Shown here: positions 27,742 through 42,356 of the stretch, piece by piece
Position numbering within the stretch: position 1 is the first letter of the stretch
Layout: the number at the start of each line of letters is the position of its first letter
Assembly: GCA_002269645.1 (NCBI GenBank)
Contig: NIVC01001256.1
Span: forward strand, 263,932-327,931
Length of the DNA: 64,000 nucleotides
Direction of reading: 5' to 3'
Source of the DNA: Macrostomum lignano
Lineage: Eukaryota
The notes under the pieces: model-generated
Told to the model about the DNA's origin: nothing
The model's database searches: none
The model's input: only the letters and a program-made list of their open reading frames with translations
Made by a program: the position numbers and the translations under genes

Positions 27742-28804
27742 CTGCAGAGAAGCTCTGTGTGAGTCTCATTGGTCAGGCGTTGACTGGCTCTCTGACTAGT
27801 TCAGCTGATGAAGCTGAGAATCTGAGAAGCAGATTTAAATAGAATAATTTAGAGCTGAAAATGCTACAGTAAAGAAATTGATAACTACATTTGAGTTCCT
27901 TTGTAAACTTCACTAATGATTTACATTTCATTACTTTTGGATAAAATAATTAGTTTGAATTTTTTCAGGTACAAGTCAGAAAAGCATCGCGAGCTGAAAG
28001 CAAAAGGAAGCAGACCCAGGCGTACATTGCTGTGAGATATCAGGGTCAGTACACATCAGCCAGACTGATTCGCGCAACCGCTATTGTCTACTGTTAGTAA
28101 ACTATACGGAAAAAGAAATGCTAGAAATACTTTGAAATTTGCAACGACTGCTGCGAGTATGCCACTAACTAGGCCTAAATTAATCAATCAATATACTCAT
28201 TCATCAGTTCACTCAAAGACTCAGATATTACCTTATGACTTCACTCATATCCTCACTCATGAACTCGCTCATAAACTCACTTATGAACTCACCCATGAAC
28301 TCACCCGAAGTGCTGTAATCTTGTACCTATAAAATATTTTTATACAGCATTAAAAAGTTTATCAACAGTTCAACATCCGGTTGCTCTGCCCCCTATGCGT
28401 CGCATTCTCTCCTCCCGTATTATGACCGGGAATCAATCTGACTGTGAGCTGAGTGCCTGAGTACCCCCCCCCCTCTGAATTGCGGGGCGCGAGCCGACTG
28501 CTTCTATTGATTGCAGCCCGGACCGGGAGCTGAGTGAGCTGAGTAGTGTGGGATTTGGGAAGCAACGAGAGGCAGAACTGAGATGAGGGATTGGAGATTG
28601 CGGATGCTGAATGCCTGCGGATGCAGATGATGCACAAAGACAAATCTCGCTACTCAAGCAGTGTTTTGTGCGTTTCGGCGGCTTCTCACAATTCAGTTCC
28701 GCCTGAATCCCGTGCTGGCTTGCCCTGAGGCGGATTTGCCTTCCCTTCACCTTAGTTCACGGCTTCATCAGCTGCCATGCTGGGGCACCGCGATGGAGCT
28801 TCTG

Positions 28805-29630
28805 ACAGTGTGGCTGTGCTTGTGTGTCTGTGTCTGTGTGTCTGTGTTTGTGTGTTTGTGTTTGTGTGTCTGTGTTTGTGTGTCTGTGTTTGTGTGTCTG
28901 TGTTTGTGTGGCTGTGTTTGTGTGTCTGTGTTTGTGTGTCTGTGTTTGTGTGGCTGTGTCTGTGTGTCTGTGTGTCTGTGTCTGTGTGTCTGTGCTTGTG
29001 TGTCTGTGTCTGTGTGTCTGTGTTTGTGTGTCAGTGTGTGTGTGTCTGTGTGTCTGTGTCTGTGTGTCTGTGTGTCTGTGTTTGTGTGTCTGTGTTTGTG
29101 TGTCTGTGTCTGTGTGTCTGTGTCTGTGTGTCTGTGCTTGTGTGTCTGTGTTTGTGTGTCTGTGTCTGTGTGTCTGTGTCTGTGTGCTGTGTGTTTGTGT
29201 GTCTGTATGTCTGCGACTGTGTAACTGTGTGGCTGTGACTGTGTAACTGTGTGACTGTGACTGTGTAACTGTGTGACTGTGACTGTGTAACTGTGTGACT
29301 GTGTGTCTGTGTGCCTGTGTGTTTGTGTGACTGTGTGTTTGGTCTGTGTCTGTGTGTCTGTGTCTGTGTGCTGTGTGTTTGTGTGTCTGTATGTCTGCGA
29401 CTGTGTAACTGTGTGGCTGTGACTGTGTAACTGTATGACTGTGTGTCTGTGTGCCTGTGTGTTTGTGTGACTGTGTGTTTGTGTCTGTGTGCCTGTGCAA
29501 TTTTGTGCCTGTGCAATTTTGTGCCTGTGTGTCTGTGTGCCTGTGTGTCTGTGTGCCTGTGTGTCTGTGTGCCTGTGTGTCTGTGTGCCTGTGTGTCTGT
29601 GTGCCTGTGTGTCTGTGTGCCTGTGTGTAT
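28805..29630. repeat. (TG)n/(TGTGTC)n compound microsatellite
   Basis: Direct reading. Confidence 0.95.
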
Positions 29631-30251
29631 ACGTGTCTTTGTTTTTGTCTTTATGGCTGTCTCATCGCAGGTCTTCTATCACCTTTTTTACGCTCAGAAA
29701 ATGCGTGTGAAGGAAGTCATTTATCACTGAATTTTGGTTGGTATGCACAACAAGCAACTCACCAAGCAGAGCCAGGCAGCCGATGGGTAGCCAGATGCTC
29801 GGCATCCCCGTCAGCGGACTCTGTCGATAGTGCTCTGGAGCCTGTCCCATCGGAGTTGACTCAATCTTGTGAGGATGGCCTGCGGACCGCTAGGCAGTTG
29901 TTTGCTCAGTGCAATTTCAAATTCTGACTTACAGGTGGGGACGCGGATGCTGAGCCAGCAAATGACAGCCGGGCGAGAGTGGGCGGCCGCGCCGGAGCAG
30001 GGAGTGAGGAGTGGGAGGCGGCCGGCCACACTGAGTGGGGGCTCAAAGTCCATCTTTGAAAGCACAGCAGCAGGCAAGCCAGCCACGGTTAAAGTGGGTG
30101 TGAAGGGGAAGCAGAGAGCTGGCAAAGAATAGAGAAATAGAGAACAGGAAGTCCGGCACACGGGAATAATTTACTAATAGATTGCTGCATCAATTTCCCT
30201 GACAACTCAGCTTTCAGCTTTCACACCAGGCACATCTTATAGTTGAAACCA

Positions 30252-32190
<1,939 letters not shown>

Positions 32191-33084
32191 TGAGCATATT
32201 TACTGCCATCAAGAGCACGGACAATACCATGTATGCAATGAATTGATTCCAGCTCATATTCAAAGTTGGAGACTCAAAGACGCGTAAGCAGATCTCAGCT
32301 TCGTTAGCCTCAGCTTCGAGACAATTGAGATCAGGTTGAAAATATTGACTGCATGCCCAGTATCGTGACTTGAATGGCTTGGAGACACGGGAGACGCAGC
32401 TTCACAAGAAAAGCCAGCCTCTGTTAGAGAGTATACAGTGGCATGGAAGCCTCTGCGCTAATGCCATATAAAACTGCCTTTTGTGCTTGTAGCTCGTAAG
32501 CTGTTTCCCCATGCAAGCCCCCTGCCTGCTTTGTGTATCATCTCTGTGCGTGCCTGAGCTGAGGAGAGGAGTGTGGGGGATGCGTCTTTCCCGCTGGGGA
32601 GTTCGGGGGGCCAACGGGATGGTGGGGAAAGCAGAGCGAGAGATGGAGGACAAGTAGAGTATCAGAAGCTGAGCAAGGAGAAGCACCTTGTTGTGTCTGT
32701 GTTTTGCCTCTGCCTCACAGCATGCAGGCTTTCATGGGATGGCTCAGCCCCGGCTCTAAATGCGAATGGGGTCTTCCGCAAGGTCCGTCTTTTCCCAGGA
32801 GACCAGCAGCCGTAGCAGCAGCTTTGTTGCTCCTCTCCCCAGCCTCTGACCTTGACGGTTGTCATATTTCTATACTTGGCTCTTTATATATTCGATTAGA
32901 TGAAGATTTTCGAGTGAGCCTTCTTATCTTTCTTTCATCGCGTCTCTTTGACTTGTATACTTCACTTTGCTGCAGGGTGAAGCTGGAAGCGATCGACGTT
33001 TCTTTTTTAAAGTTGCAGAAAGGGTACAGGTTCGTATCCGGGGGTCACCCAGAAATCCTAGAAGGCCATTTTGGGCGGTCCCTT

Positions 33085-33225
33085 TGGACTAATTATTTGG
33101 CCTATTTAGTGAAATTATTGGCCTATTTAGTGAAATTATTGGCCTATTTAGTGAAATTATTGGATAATTCAGTAAAATTATTGGCCTATTTAGTGAAATT
33201 ATTGCCCAATGGCCTAATTTCCTAA
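33085..33225. repeat. 21-bp tandem repeat (attattggcctatttagtgaa)
   Basis: About 6 copies; LLAYLVK periodicity. Confidence 0.9.
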
Positions 33226-33851
33226 TAGGCTGGAGTGGCATAATTTCAGAAGAAAAAAACAGAAAATTTCCTATCTCGATGGACCTTCAAATAAATTGAA
33301 TTTGCCAGTTAGCTAGCCAGCCAGTCGTCCCTGTCTAGCCTCGTAAAGGCGCCGGTAGATTAGTTCTTAATAAATCATTGTCGCTACTTAGAACAGTAGG
33401 CAGATGAGCCCGTAGGCGGCCATCTGTCGCCCTACTGTCTAATTAACCCCTGAGCTGCGGGTCAGTAATCAGTTGACGTCAGAAAATTCGAGCAGTTAAG
33501 GTAAGAAAGCTGTGAATAAGGACTTAAACCAGGGCGGGATAAAGTGAATTTGGGGATTGTTTTGAAGATTAGAAAAACAAAACGCGAACTCGATGACCAG
33601 TTTCTAATTATTGCTTGCTTGTGTTGTCTCGCTCCTGCCCTAGAAGTGTCCTTAAAATCAGGTGTTTAGTGATGTTGATGGCCCTTTGCGCGAGCGTCAG
33701 CTTTTCTAATTTTAGACTAAACACTTGCAAATTGCTTTTGCAGGTGTTTCACATAGTCGAGCGATAGGCTGTAATTATTCCCTTCAGAATTTGAATGCAA
33801 TGTGTTTGGGAAGTCAGGATCTGTGAGTTTTTTTATTTGCAAACGGGTTAA

Positions 33852-34378
33852 GTGTAGAGTGACTGAGCCAGTGTACATTGAGGCCAGACGGAGTGTAGAG
33901 GGGCTGAGCCAGTGTACATTGAGGCCAGACGGAGTGTAGAGTGACTGAGCCAGTGTACATTGAGGCCAGACGGAGTGTAGAGTGACTGAGCCAGTGTTCA
34001 TTGAGGCCAGACGGAGTGCAGAGTGACTGAGCCAGTGTACATTGAGGCCAGACGGATTGTAGAGGGGCTGAGCCAGTGTACATTGAGGCCAGACGGAGTG
34101 TAGAGTGACTGAGCCAGTGTACATTGAGGCCAGACGGAGTGCAGAGTGACTGAGCCAGTGTACATTGAGGCCAGACGGAGTGCAGAGTGACTGAGCCAGT
34201 GTACATTGAGGCCAGACGGATTGTAGAGGGGCTGAGCCAGTGTACATTGAGGCCAGACGGAATGTAGAGTGACTGAACCAGTGTACATTGAGGCCAGACG
34301 GAGTGTAGAGTGACTGAGCCAGTGTACATTGAGGCCAGACGGAGTGCAGAGTGACTGAAACAGTGTACATTGAGGCCC
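33852..34378. repeat. 41-bp minisatellite, about 13 copies
   Basis: gtgtagag at 33852 and 33893; unit gtgtagagtgactgagccagtgtacattgaggccagacgga. Confidence 0.95.
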
Positions 34379-35913
34379 GACATCGGATGAAGCTGGTGAG
34401 GGTTGAATGCAGAATGCTCTCGGTGACTGTCTCGAGGAGCGATTCAAGCAGCCTATTCAGCTTCGTACTAACCGCGGTCAACTCTGCTTAACTTGGAAAC
34501 TAAAATCTGCTAACGGCAAATGTGCTGACCCAACTGGTCTTGCAACCCGCCAGTCAGTGAGCTGAGCCAGTGTACAGTTAAAATCATTGCTTGATCGAAA
34601 TTGCGTATTCAAAGTAGGGAATTTTTTCCATTAAAAAGATTAAAAAACGCTATTTTTGTATTACAAGAGCAAGCAACCATGGGCGCAGTAATTAGTTATT
34701 AAAGCTCTCCCCCGATCTGGGGACAAACAGAGAGCAAATCTTTTGCTTCACGGCTAGCCGCAGACGAAGCAGAAAGAATGCTGCAGAAACTGGTCACGGA
34801 TCAAAGAAGATCTCGGTTGGGTTGCCTCATCATGCTGGGAGCTTCTGGCCCGTAGCGAGCCCTTGTTCATGGGAAAAGCCGAGGACAAAAAAACTCAATC
34901 CGAGTGAATGAGTCCTCGCTGCTGCTTCTGCTCAAAGCCATTCAGCCTGAGTCAGAGCACAGCGGGCGACTAGCGAACTGTGAGCAGCTCTCTATACTGA
35001 TACAGCAGAGATGCTGGATGAAGCGACTGACGGAAACAATAAGCAGTTCCTGCCTGCTCCAGATTCCCCCTGACAGCGAGGCGTGTCTTTTTTCGGTGTC
35101 AGCTCGGCAGGCAGTTCATTTGGCTGAGGGAGGGGGCGGGCTTGAGCACAATGACAGAGAAAACCCAATAAAACATGATGAAGCAAGGCTGAGCTGGATA
35201 GACCGCCTACAGTCGTTGCATGAGGTGCTGCTGTCGGCTGACTCCGGCGCCCAGGTCTTGAGGCGCGCCCTGTGACGCAAGAGATGAGGGCAGACGGTGC
35301 TTGAGATTTCGATAAGCTAAATTTCAATTTCAGACAAAAATTATAATGCAACTTTTCTTAGAAAAAGTTCGTTTGCAAAATTTGGCAAACATAATCTAAG
35401 CTTCCTAAGCCCTCATGCAGCCGCTTCATCACTCACAGCTGCATGGATGAAGCGAAGTGAAAGGTGTGACGAAGGTGGCCTTTCTCGATCTGCTACAGCA
35501 GGATTGGGAAGGAGGAGAAAAGAGGAGGAGGCTGCGGCAGACAGATGAGGGGGAGGAGTTGGGATGGAGATGAGGGGACCCGGCTATTATTAAGGCACAA
35601 AAATAATAATTAAGCAGCGATCAGCTCTGTCGGGGATTGGGCGAATCCCAGTGGAGTGAGATGGCGGAGAGGGAGGCTGAGCGGGCTATGAGGGCGATGG
35701 GTGCGCTGCCTCAATGTAGAATAAAAACAGCCGGAGACACAGAAAAGCTGGGCCGGTTTTTCTAAGATTCGCGCAGAGCGGCAGTTACGGCAGCAGCTTG
35801 AAGAGCTTCGCTTGGTTGTGACCGGCAATATGGGTGAGCTTGTGACTGATTCGACTGCTTTGAATACGAATGGAGCTGAAAGCAAATTAATCACAGTTCT
35901 CTCATTCTTGCAG

Positions 35914-36234
35914 CCTCTGCTGCACAGAAGCAATTCCTGCATACACAGGAGGTGATCGACCTGCTGAACCGGCGACCGCTGGGCCCGCTAGAGTACATCC
36001 TGTTCGCGGCCTACGGGGTGGCCATGCTGTGGTCGCTGGGCGCCAACGGCCTCTTCATCGCTATGGGCCTGCGGTACAAGCAGCTGAGGCAGCGCCTGCC
36101 AAAGCTGATGGTCAGCCTCGCGGCGTCCAACCTGCTGGTCACTCTGGTCTGCATGCCGGCCGCCGTCTGCTACCTCGTCTACCACACCTGGCCTCTGGGC
36201 AAGGTCGGCTGCAAGCTGATGCACTTTACTGAAG
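35914..36234 (+). CDS. Class A (rhodopsin-like) peptide GPCR, exon encoding TM1-start of TM3
   Basis: Acceptor ttctctcattcttgcag|; TM1 ...LGANGLF (GN-like), TM2 SLAASNLLVTLVCMP, ECL1 WPLGKVGCK; donor G|gtgagg phase 1. Start exon not located. Confidence 0.88.
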
Positions 36235-36339
36235 GTGAGGCAAGTGGGGGAACCGGGAGGTTGAAACACCGAGCTGCGCTAGAAAGAGAGATAGACGAGA
36301 GGAAAGGAGACGGAGCGAGAAAAAAGGAGGCATGGGAAT

Positions 36340-37200
36340 AGAAGAGGGGTGAGGAGAGGCAGGAGGCAGGAAGAGGAAGGGGAAGGAAGGTAGGGGAAGA
36401 GGCAGGAAGGTAGGGGAAGAGGCAGGAAGGTAGGGGAAGAGGCAGGATGGTAGGGGAAGAGGCAGGATGGTAGGGGAAGGGGCAGGATGGTAGGGGAAGA
36501 GGCAGGATGGTAGGGGAAGAGGCAGGATGGTAGGGGAAGAGGCAGGATGGTAGGGGAAGAGGCAGGATGGTAGGGGAAGAGGCAGGATGGTAGGGGAAGG
36601 GCAGGATGGTAGGGAAGAGGCAGGATGGTAGGGGAAGGGGCAGGATGGTAGGGGAAGAGGCAGGATGGTAGGGGAAGGGGCAGGATGGTAGGGGAAGAGG
36701 CAGGATGGTAGGGGAAGGGGCAGGATGGTAGGGGAAGAGGCAGGATGGTAGGGGAAGGGGCAGGATGGTAGGGGAAGAGGCAGGATGGTAGGGGAAGGGG
36801 CAGGATGGTAGGGGAAGAGGCAGGATGGTAGGGGAAGAGGCAGGATGGTAGGGGAAGAGGCAGGATGGTAGGGGAAGAGGCAGGATGGTAGGGGAAGAGG
36901 CAGGATGGTAGGGGAAGGGGCAGGATGGTAGGGGAAGAGGCAGGATGGTAGGGGAAGGGGCAGGATGGTAGGGAAGGGGCAGGATGGTAGGGGAAGAGGC
37001 AGGATGGTAGGGGAAGGGGCAGGATGGTAGGGAGATGAAGGAGCGGGAATGGAGAGGAAGGGGCGGGAATGGAGAGGAAGGGGCGGGAATGGAGAGGAAG
37101 GGGCGGGAATGGAGAGGAAGGGGCGGGAATGGAGAGGAAGGGGCGGGAATTGAGAGGAAAGGGCAGGAAGGTCGGGGAAGTGCAGGAAGGGGGAGGAAGG
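36340..37200. repeat. 20-bp purine-rich minisatellites (ggcaggatggtaggggaaga, then gggcgggaatggagaggaag), GPCR intron
   Basis: 20-nt period. Confidence 0.95.
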
Positions 37201-37365
37201 CTGTCGGGAAAAGAAGGAGCGACCAGAAGAGACGTGAAATGGCAGTCTAGTTCGTATATGCATTTGTTTGCAATGCACCTTGACTAAAATGCGCCCAAGG
37301 ACCACTAGGAACACTTCGTTATAGTCTAGTAGTCTAGTAGTCCTTGAATGCGCCCAGAAGGAAGT

Positions 37366-38143
37366 TCTAAAGGAATCTAAAGGAAGCTAAAGGAATCTAA
37401 AGGTATCTAAAGGAATCGAAAGGAATCTAAAGGAATCTAAAGGAATCGAAAGGAATCGAAAGGAATCTATAGGAATCTAAAGGAATCTAAAAGAATCTAA
37501 AGGAATCTAAAGGAATCTAAAGGAATCTAAAGGAATCTAAAGGAATCTAAAGGAATCTAAAGAAATCTAAAGGTATCTAAAGGAATCGAAAGGAATCGAA
37601 AGGAATCTGAAGGAATCTAAAGGAATCTAAAGGAATCTAAAGGAGTCTAAAGGAATCTAAAGGAATCTAAAGGAATCTAAAGGAATCGAAAGGAATCGAA
37701 AGGAATCTAGAGGATTCTAAAGGAATATAAAGGAATCTAAAGGAATCTAAAGGAATCTATAGGAATCGAAAGGAATCTAAAAGAATCTTAAGGAATCTAA
37801 AGGAATCTAAAGGAATCTAAGGGTATCTAAAGGAATTTAAATGAATCTTAAGGAATCTAAAGGAATCTAAAGGAATCTAAATGAATCTTAAGGAGTCGAA
37901 AGGAATCTAAAGGAATCTAAAGGAATCTAAATGAATCTAAAGGAATCTAAAGGAATCTAAAGGAATCGAAAGGAATCTAAAGGAATCGAAAGGAATCGAA
38001 AGGAATCGAAAGGAATCTAAAGGAATCTAAAGGAATCTAAAGGAAGCTAAAGGAATCTAAAGGAATCTAAAGGAATCGAAAGGAATCGAAAGGAATCTAA
38101 AGGAATCTAAAGGAATCTAAAGGAATCTAAAGGAAGCTAAAGG
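37366..38143. repeat. 10-bp satellite (aaggaatcta)n, GPCR intron
   Basis: 10-nt period with aaggaatcga variants. Confidence 0.96.
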
Positions 38144-39071
38144 TTCTGCAGTCTCGCTCGTAGAGTGTCATAAAAAGCGCAGGTGCGTCCCGACTAACAT
38201 GCAGTAGCTTGACACTTAGCGTGTGTGCGCTCTCATTTTTAGTGGAGTTAAGAGCTGTTGCAGCCTGCCCTGGGGGGAATTCAGAGGGAGAAGGGAAGGG
38301 GAGAGGTGAGGAGAGGCATTAGGAGGAAGCAGCTGCGTCAAACAGCAGTTTAGCTGTGGGGACTCAACATTTCGCCTGGGGGATTCTGTTCTTGTCCTTG
38401 ATCTGTCTGCCGCGCGGTGATTCGTGAGCTGTCAAAGGAAGTCCGTTGAGTCGAACTGGCCTGGCTGATAGCGATATAGATCTATAATTAATTTGCCTCT
38501 CAGCACAGGACAGGCAGCCAGTAAGGCTTTACTAGAAAATAAAATCCCTCAAACGAAAGCCAAGTGCCGCTGGAATACTCAGTCACGTGCGAATAGGGAA
38601 GCTGAGATTCAGCTCCCGCCAAATCGTCTTGATCAAATTGCCTACTCGAATTTCGTCGAAACGAGGACTGTATTAATCTGGGGGTTCGGAGCTTTGGGAT
38701 TTGTCTTGCCCATTCTTCTATCCGACAGGAATACTGATGGCCGCTCCCTCTCTTGGCCCCCATTGCTGCGGCCCGCGATGTAGAGACCTCATCGATGATG
38801 CTATCAGAGAGGCAGCTAGCGAGGGCTCACGTGAGCACAAATAGTAATTTTACCCGCGAGTGCCATCAAACACTGTTTAGTGTGCCTGACTGCTGGAATC
38901 CAGCTGAGTCCCCTCGCGCTACATTGCTCAAAGACATCGGATACTCGAATGCGGATTAGCGTACTCAGCTCAGAGAGGCTGCTTCCCGAACAACTGACAA
39001 AAGTTACATCGGGTCTGTGTTGCAGAGAAAAAATACATTTAGACAGAAACATATCGAAGAAGCGCCCTCGT

Positions 39072-40007
39072 TAGGGTTGTCAGAGAGGGAGTTGTCAGAG
39101 AGAGGGTTGTCAGAGAGGGAGTTGTCAGAGAGAGGGTTGTCAGAGAGGGAGTTGTCAGAGAGAGGGTTGTCAGAGAGGGAGTTGTCAGAGAGAGGGTTGT
39201 CAGAGAGGGAGTTGTCAGAGAGAGGGTTGTCAGAGAGGGACTTGTCAGAGAGGAAGTTGTCAGAGAGAGGGTTGTCAGAGAGGGACTTGTCAGATAGGGA
39301 GTTGTCAGAGAGAGGGTTGTCAGAGAGGGAATTGTCAGAGAGGGAGCTGTCAGAGGGAGTTCTCAGAGAGGGAGTTGTCAGAGAGGGAGTCGTCAGAGAG
39401 AGAGAGGGAGTTGTCAGAGAGGAAATTGTCAGAGATGGGACTTTTCCGATAGGGAGTTGTCAGATAGGGAGTTGTCAGAGAGGAAGTTGTCAGAGATGGG
39501 ACTTTTCCGATAGGGAGTTGTCAGATAGGGAGTTGTCAGAGAGGGAGTTGTCAGATAGGGAGTTGTCACAGAGGGAGTTGTCAGAGAGGGAGTTGTCAGA
39601 TAGGGAGTTGTCACAGAGGGAGTTGTCAGAGAGGGAGTTGTCACAGAGGGAGTTGTCAGAGAGGGATTTGTCTGAGAGGGATTTGTCAGAGAGGGAGTTG
39701 TCAGATAGGGAGTTGTCAGATAGGGAGTTGTCACAGAGGGAGTTGTCAGAGAGGGATTTGTCTGAGAGGGATTTGTCAGAGAGGGAGCTGTCAAAGGGAG
39801 TTGTCAGAGAGGAGGGAGTTGTCAGAGAGAGGGTTGTCAGAGAGGGAGCTGTCAGAGAGGGAGTTGTCAGAGAGGGAGCTGTCAGAGAGGGAGTTGTCAG
39901 AGAGGGAGCTGTCAGAGAGGGATTTGTCAGAGAGGGAGCTGTCAGAGATATTTGTCAGAGAGGGATTTGTCAGAGAGGGAGCTGTCAGAGGGAGTTGTCA
40001 GAGAGGG
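39072..40007. repeat. 15-bp minisatellite (gagttgtcagagagg), GPCR intron
   Basis: 15-nt period; the 430-aa ERELS ORF is an artefact. Confidence 0.95.
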
Positions 40008-40059
40008 TTACCCTAGTTGACCTCAGCTCACCGCCCCAGGCCGGCCCAACCGATTCCAG

Positions 40060-41591
40060 GCGTGGCCATCATCTCAAACGTGTTCTCCCTGGTTGCCATG
40101 GCGATTCTACGCGCCAGGAGTTTCCGCCGTCAGGAGCCGGTGAAGCAGCGGCTCTGGCAGGGCCGGCGACTCGTCCTGCTGCTTCTGCTGGTGTGGGGCG
40201 GCGCTGCCGCTCTCGCCTCGCCGAACATCTTCATCCGGTCCACCGTGACCTTCGGCGTGCAGAGCATGCAGGAGTTCATGCAGGGCCGCAACCGCGGCGG
40301 CGGCGGTGAGGCTCTCAACGCTACTGGCAGTCCCAGCGACGCGCCCGAAGACCAGCAGTGCGGCGAAATCTGCGTCACATTCTGCGACGAGTACTGGGGT
40401 GAAAACCCGTGGGCGAGGCGGCTGTACTCCGTGCTGCTGCTGCTGCTGGTATTCTGCATGCCCTGCGCCGTCATCTCAGCTTGCTACTGCTTCATCACCG
40501 CTAGCATCGCGGCGCTGGCCCGCCTGCTCAGCCAGTCGGAGCAGCAGCCTGACGGTGAGGAGCTTCAGCTGTGGCGGCTGCAGCGGCATCAGCAGCGTCC
40601 ACCGACGCCCCAGCATCCGGCGCCGCCGAGTCCGAATCTGCTTCATCCAAACAGGTGTCTCATGCTCAACCTGAGCCAGCATCAGCACCAGCGTCATCGT
40701 CAATCTTTGCAGTTCTCCAGCAGCGCTCCGGTCAGCCCGACAACTGGCGGTGGCGGTGGAAGCGACGCCGTCGGTCCCAGCAGCCCCGTGGGTGCGGAGG
40801 GCCCTGGCGGCGGCAACGTAGGCGGGCTCAGCCGCTTCCACAGCCACGACCGCTTGAACCCGTGCGTATCCTCCTACACGGACCAGATCCAGGCGAGCGA
40901 GTCTCACAGCAGCGTGCCCTCTCAGTACCAGGCCAGCGTCGCGCACCAGTCCACGAAGCGCGCCGTGCAGACGCTGGTGCTCCTTGTCGCCTGCTTCGTT
41001 ATCTGCTGGCTGCCGGTGAATCTCGTCGGAGTCTGGATCGACTTCTCCTCTGCTGGCGGCGGTCACCAGCGCCGCGATCCGAGGCCGCCGTTCCGGGGCG
41101 GGCTGCAGCTGGTGGCCGGGCGGCCGGAGGTCATGCGACCGCTGGAGGAGAGCATCTACAGCGTGGCGCTATTTCTCGGCCACCTGCACAGCGCGGTGTC
41201 GCCTATTTGCTACTGGTGCCTCAACAAGAGCTTTCGGCGCCACCTGAGCGCCCTGGCCTCGCGCATGTGCTGCCGGGTATTCAGGCGGTCCGGCAATCGG
41301 CAGGACGAGCAGCGCCGAGGAAGAGGCGGCGGCGCTGGAGTCGGCGGAGGCGGCGGAGCTCGTGGGGGCAGAGGAGACGCTTGCGGCGGCGGCGGAGGCG
41401 GCGGAGGCGGCGGCGGCAGGGCGGAGGGAGCCTGCGCAGTTCCGCTCGTGATCCCTGACGACGCGCCGGACGGACGAACCACAGCGGCGGTGGCGGCCGC
41501 TGTTGCCGCCGGCGGGTACATCGGCAGCCGGTCCTCGGACACGGAGTCGGCCAGAGTTCTCGCTGGAAAATTGCGCCTGATTGGCCTGTGA
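40060..41591 (+). CDS. Class A peptide GPCR, last exon (TM3-TM7 and C-tail)
   Basis: Acceptor gattccag|GC completes phase 1 (HFTE-G-VAIISNVFSLVAMA); TM4 W (LVWGGAAALASP), ECL2 FCDEYW, TM5 FCMP...CY, TM6 CFVICWLP, TM7 AVSPICY, helix 8 LNKSFRRHL; stop TGA 41589-41591. Confidence 0.9.
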
Positions 41592-41887
41592 TCTGGGTGA
41601 AACTGCGCCTGATTGGCCTGTGATCTGGGTGAAACTGCGCCTGATTGGCCTGTGATCTGGGTGAAACTGCGCCTGATTGGCCTGTGATATGGGTGAAACT
41701 GCGCCTGATTGGCCTGTGATCTGGGTGAAACTGCGCCTGATTGGCCTGTGATCTGGGTGAAACTGCGCCTGATTGGCCTGTGATATGGGTGAAACTGCGC
41801 CTGATTGGCCTGTGATCTGGGTGAAACTGCGCCTGATTGGCCTGTGATATGGGTGAAACTGCGCCTGATTGGCCTGTGATCTGGGTG
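41568..41887. repeat. 32-bp tandem repeat, about 10 copies, starting inside the GPCR C-terminus
   Basis: ttggcc at 41581 and 41613; unit aaactgcgcctgattggcctgtgatctgggtg. Confidence 0.95.
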
Positions 41888-42356
41888 TTTCAGTTGCTCA
41901 AAGCTTCACAAACTCGAAACTGTCAAGCTGAGAGCTTCTGAAAATTTTGAGTTAGTGAGGCGCACAGTCAGTGACTATCCGGGAATACCCGGGGAATAAA
42001 GCCGTGGGAATTCAACTATCCAGTCCTGGTGTTGCGGCTAGTTGTCAGGCATAGAGATTAGAAATGAATATCACTACATAACTATTCGTGTTCTGCATGG
42101 ATTCAAGTAAAGCATACCGCTTTTTTAATGCAATCGTATGTTCTCTGATAATTTGATCGTGACTTGGAGAAACTGCGAGTCTAAACTTCCTTTGATGAGT
42201 TCTTGGAAATGAGTTCTGAAAAGTGAAAGCCCTTTTTATCGCATAAATTGCTTTTATTGTTCATTTTTGTCACTTCGTTAAGATTTTGCTGAAGGTGGAA
42301 TCTATTTGCAGAAATGAGTTCAAGTAATGAACTTCTGTCATTGATGTTTGTTTAAA

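Noticed and set aside
37366-38143. Resemblance of (aaggaatcta)n to human (GGAAT)n satellite II/III
   Set aside because: Only a 5-nt word is shared; there is no evidence of homology or centromeric context, and it sits in a gene intron.
39017-40309. 430-aa ERELS/VVREG ORF overlapping the GPCR
   Set aside because: It derives from the intronic 15-bp repeat and runs out of frame into the true GPCR exon.
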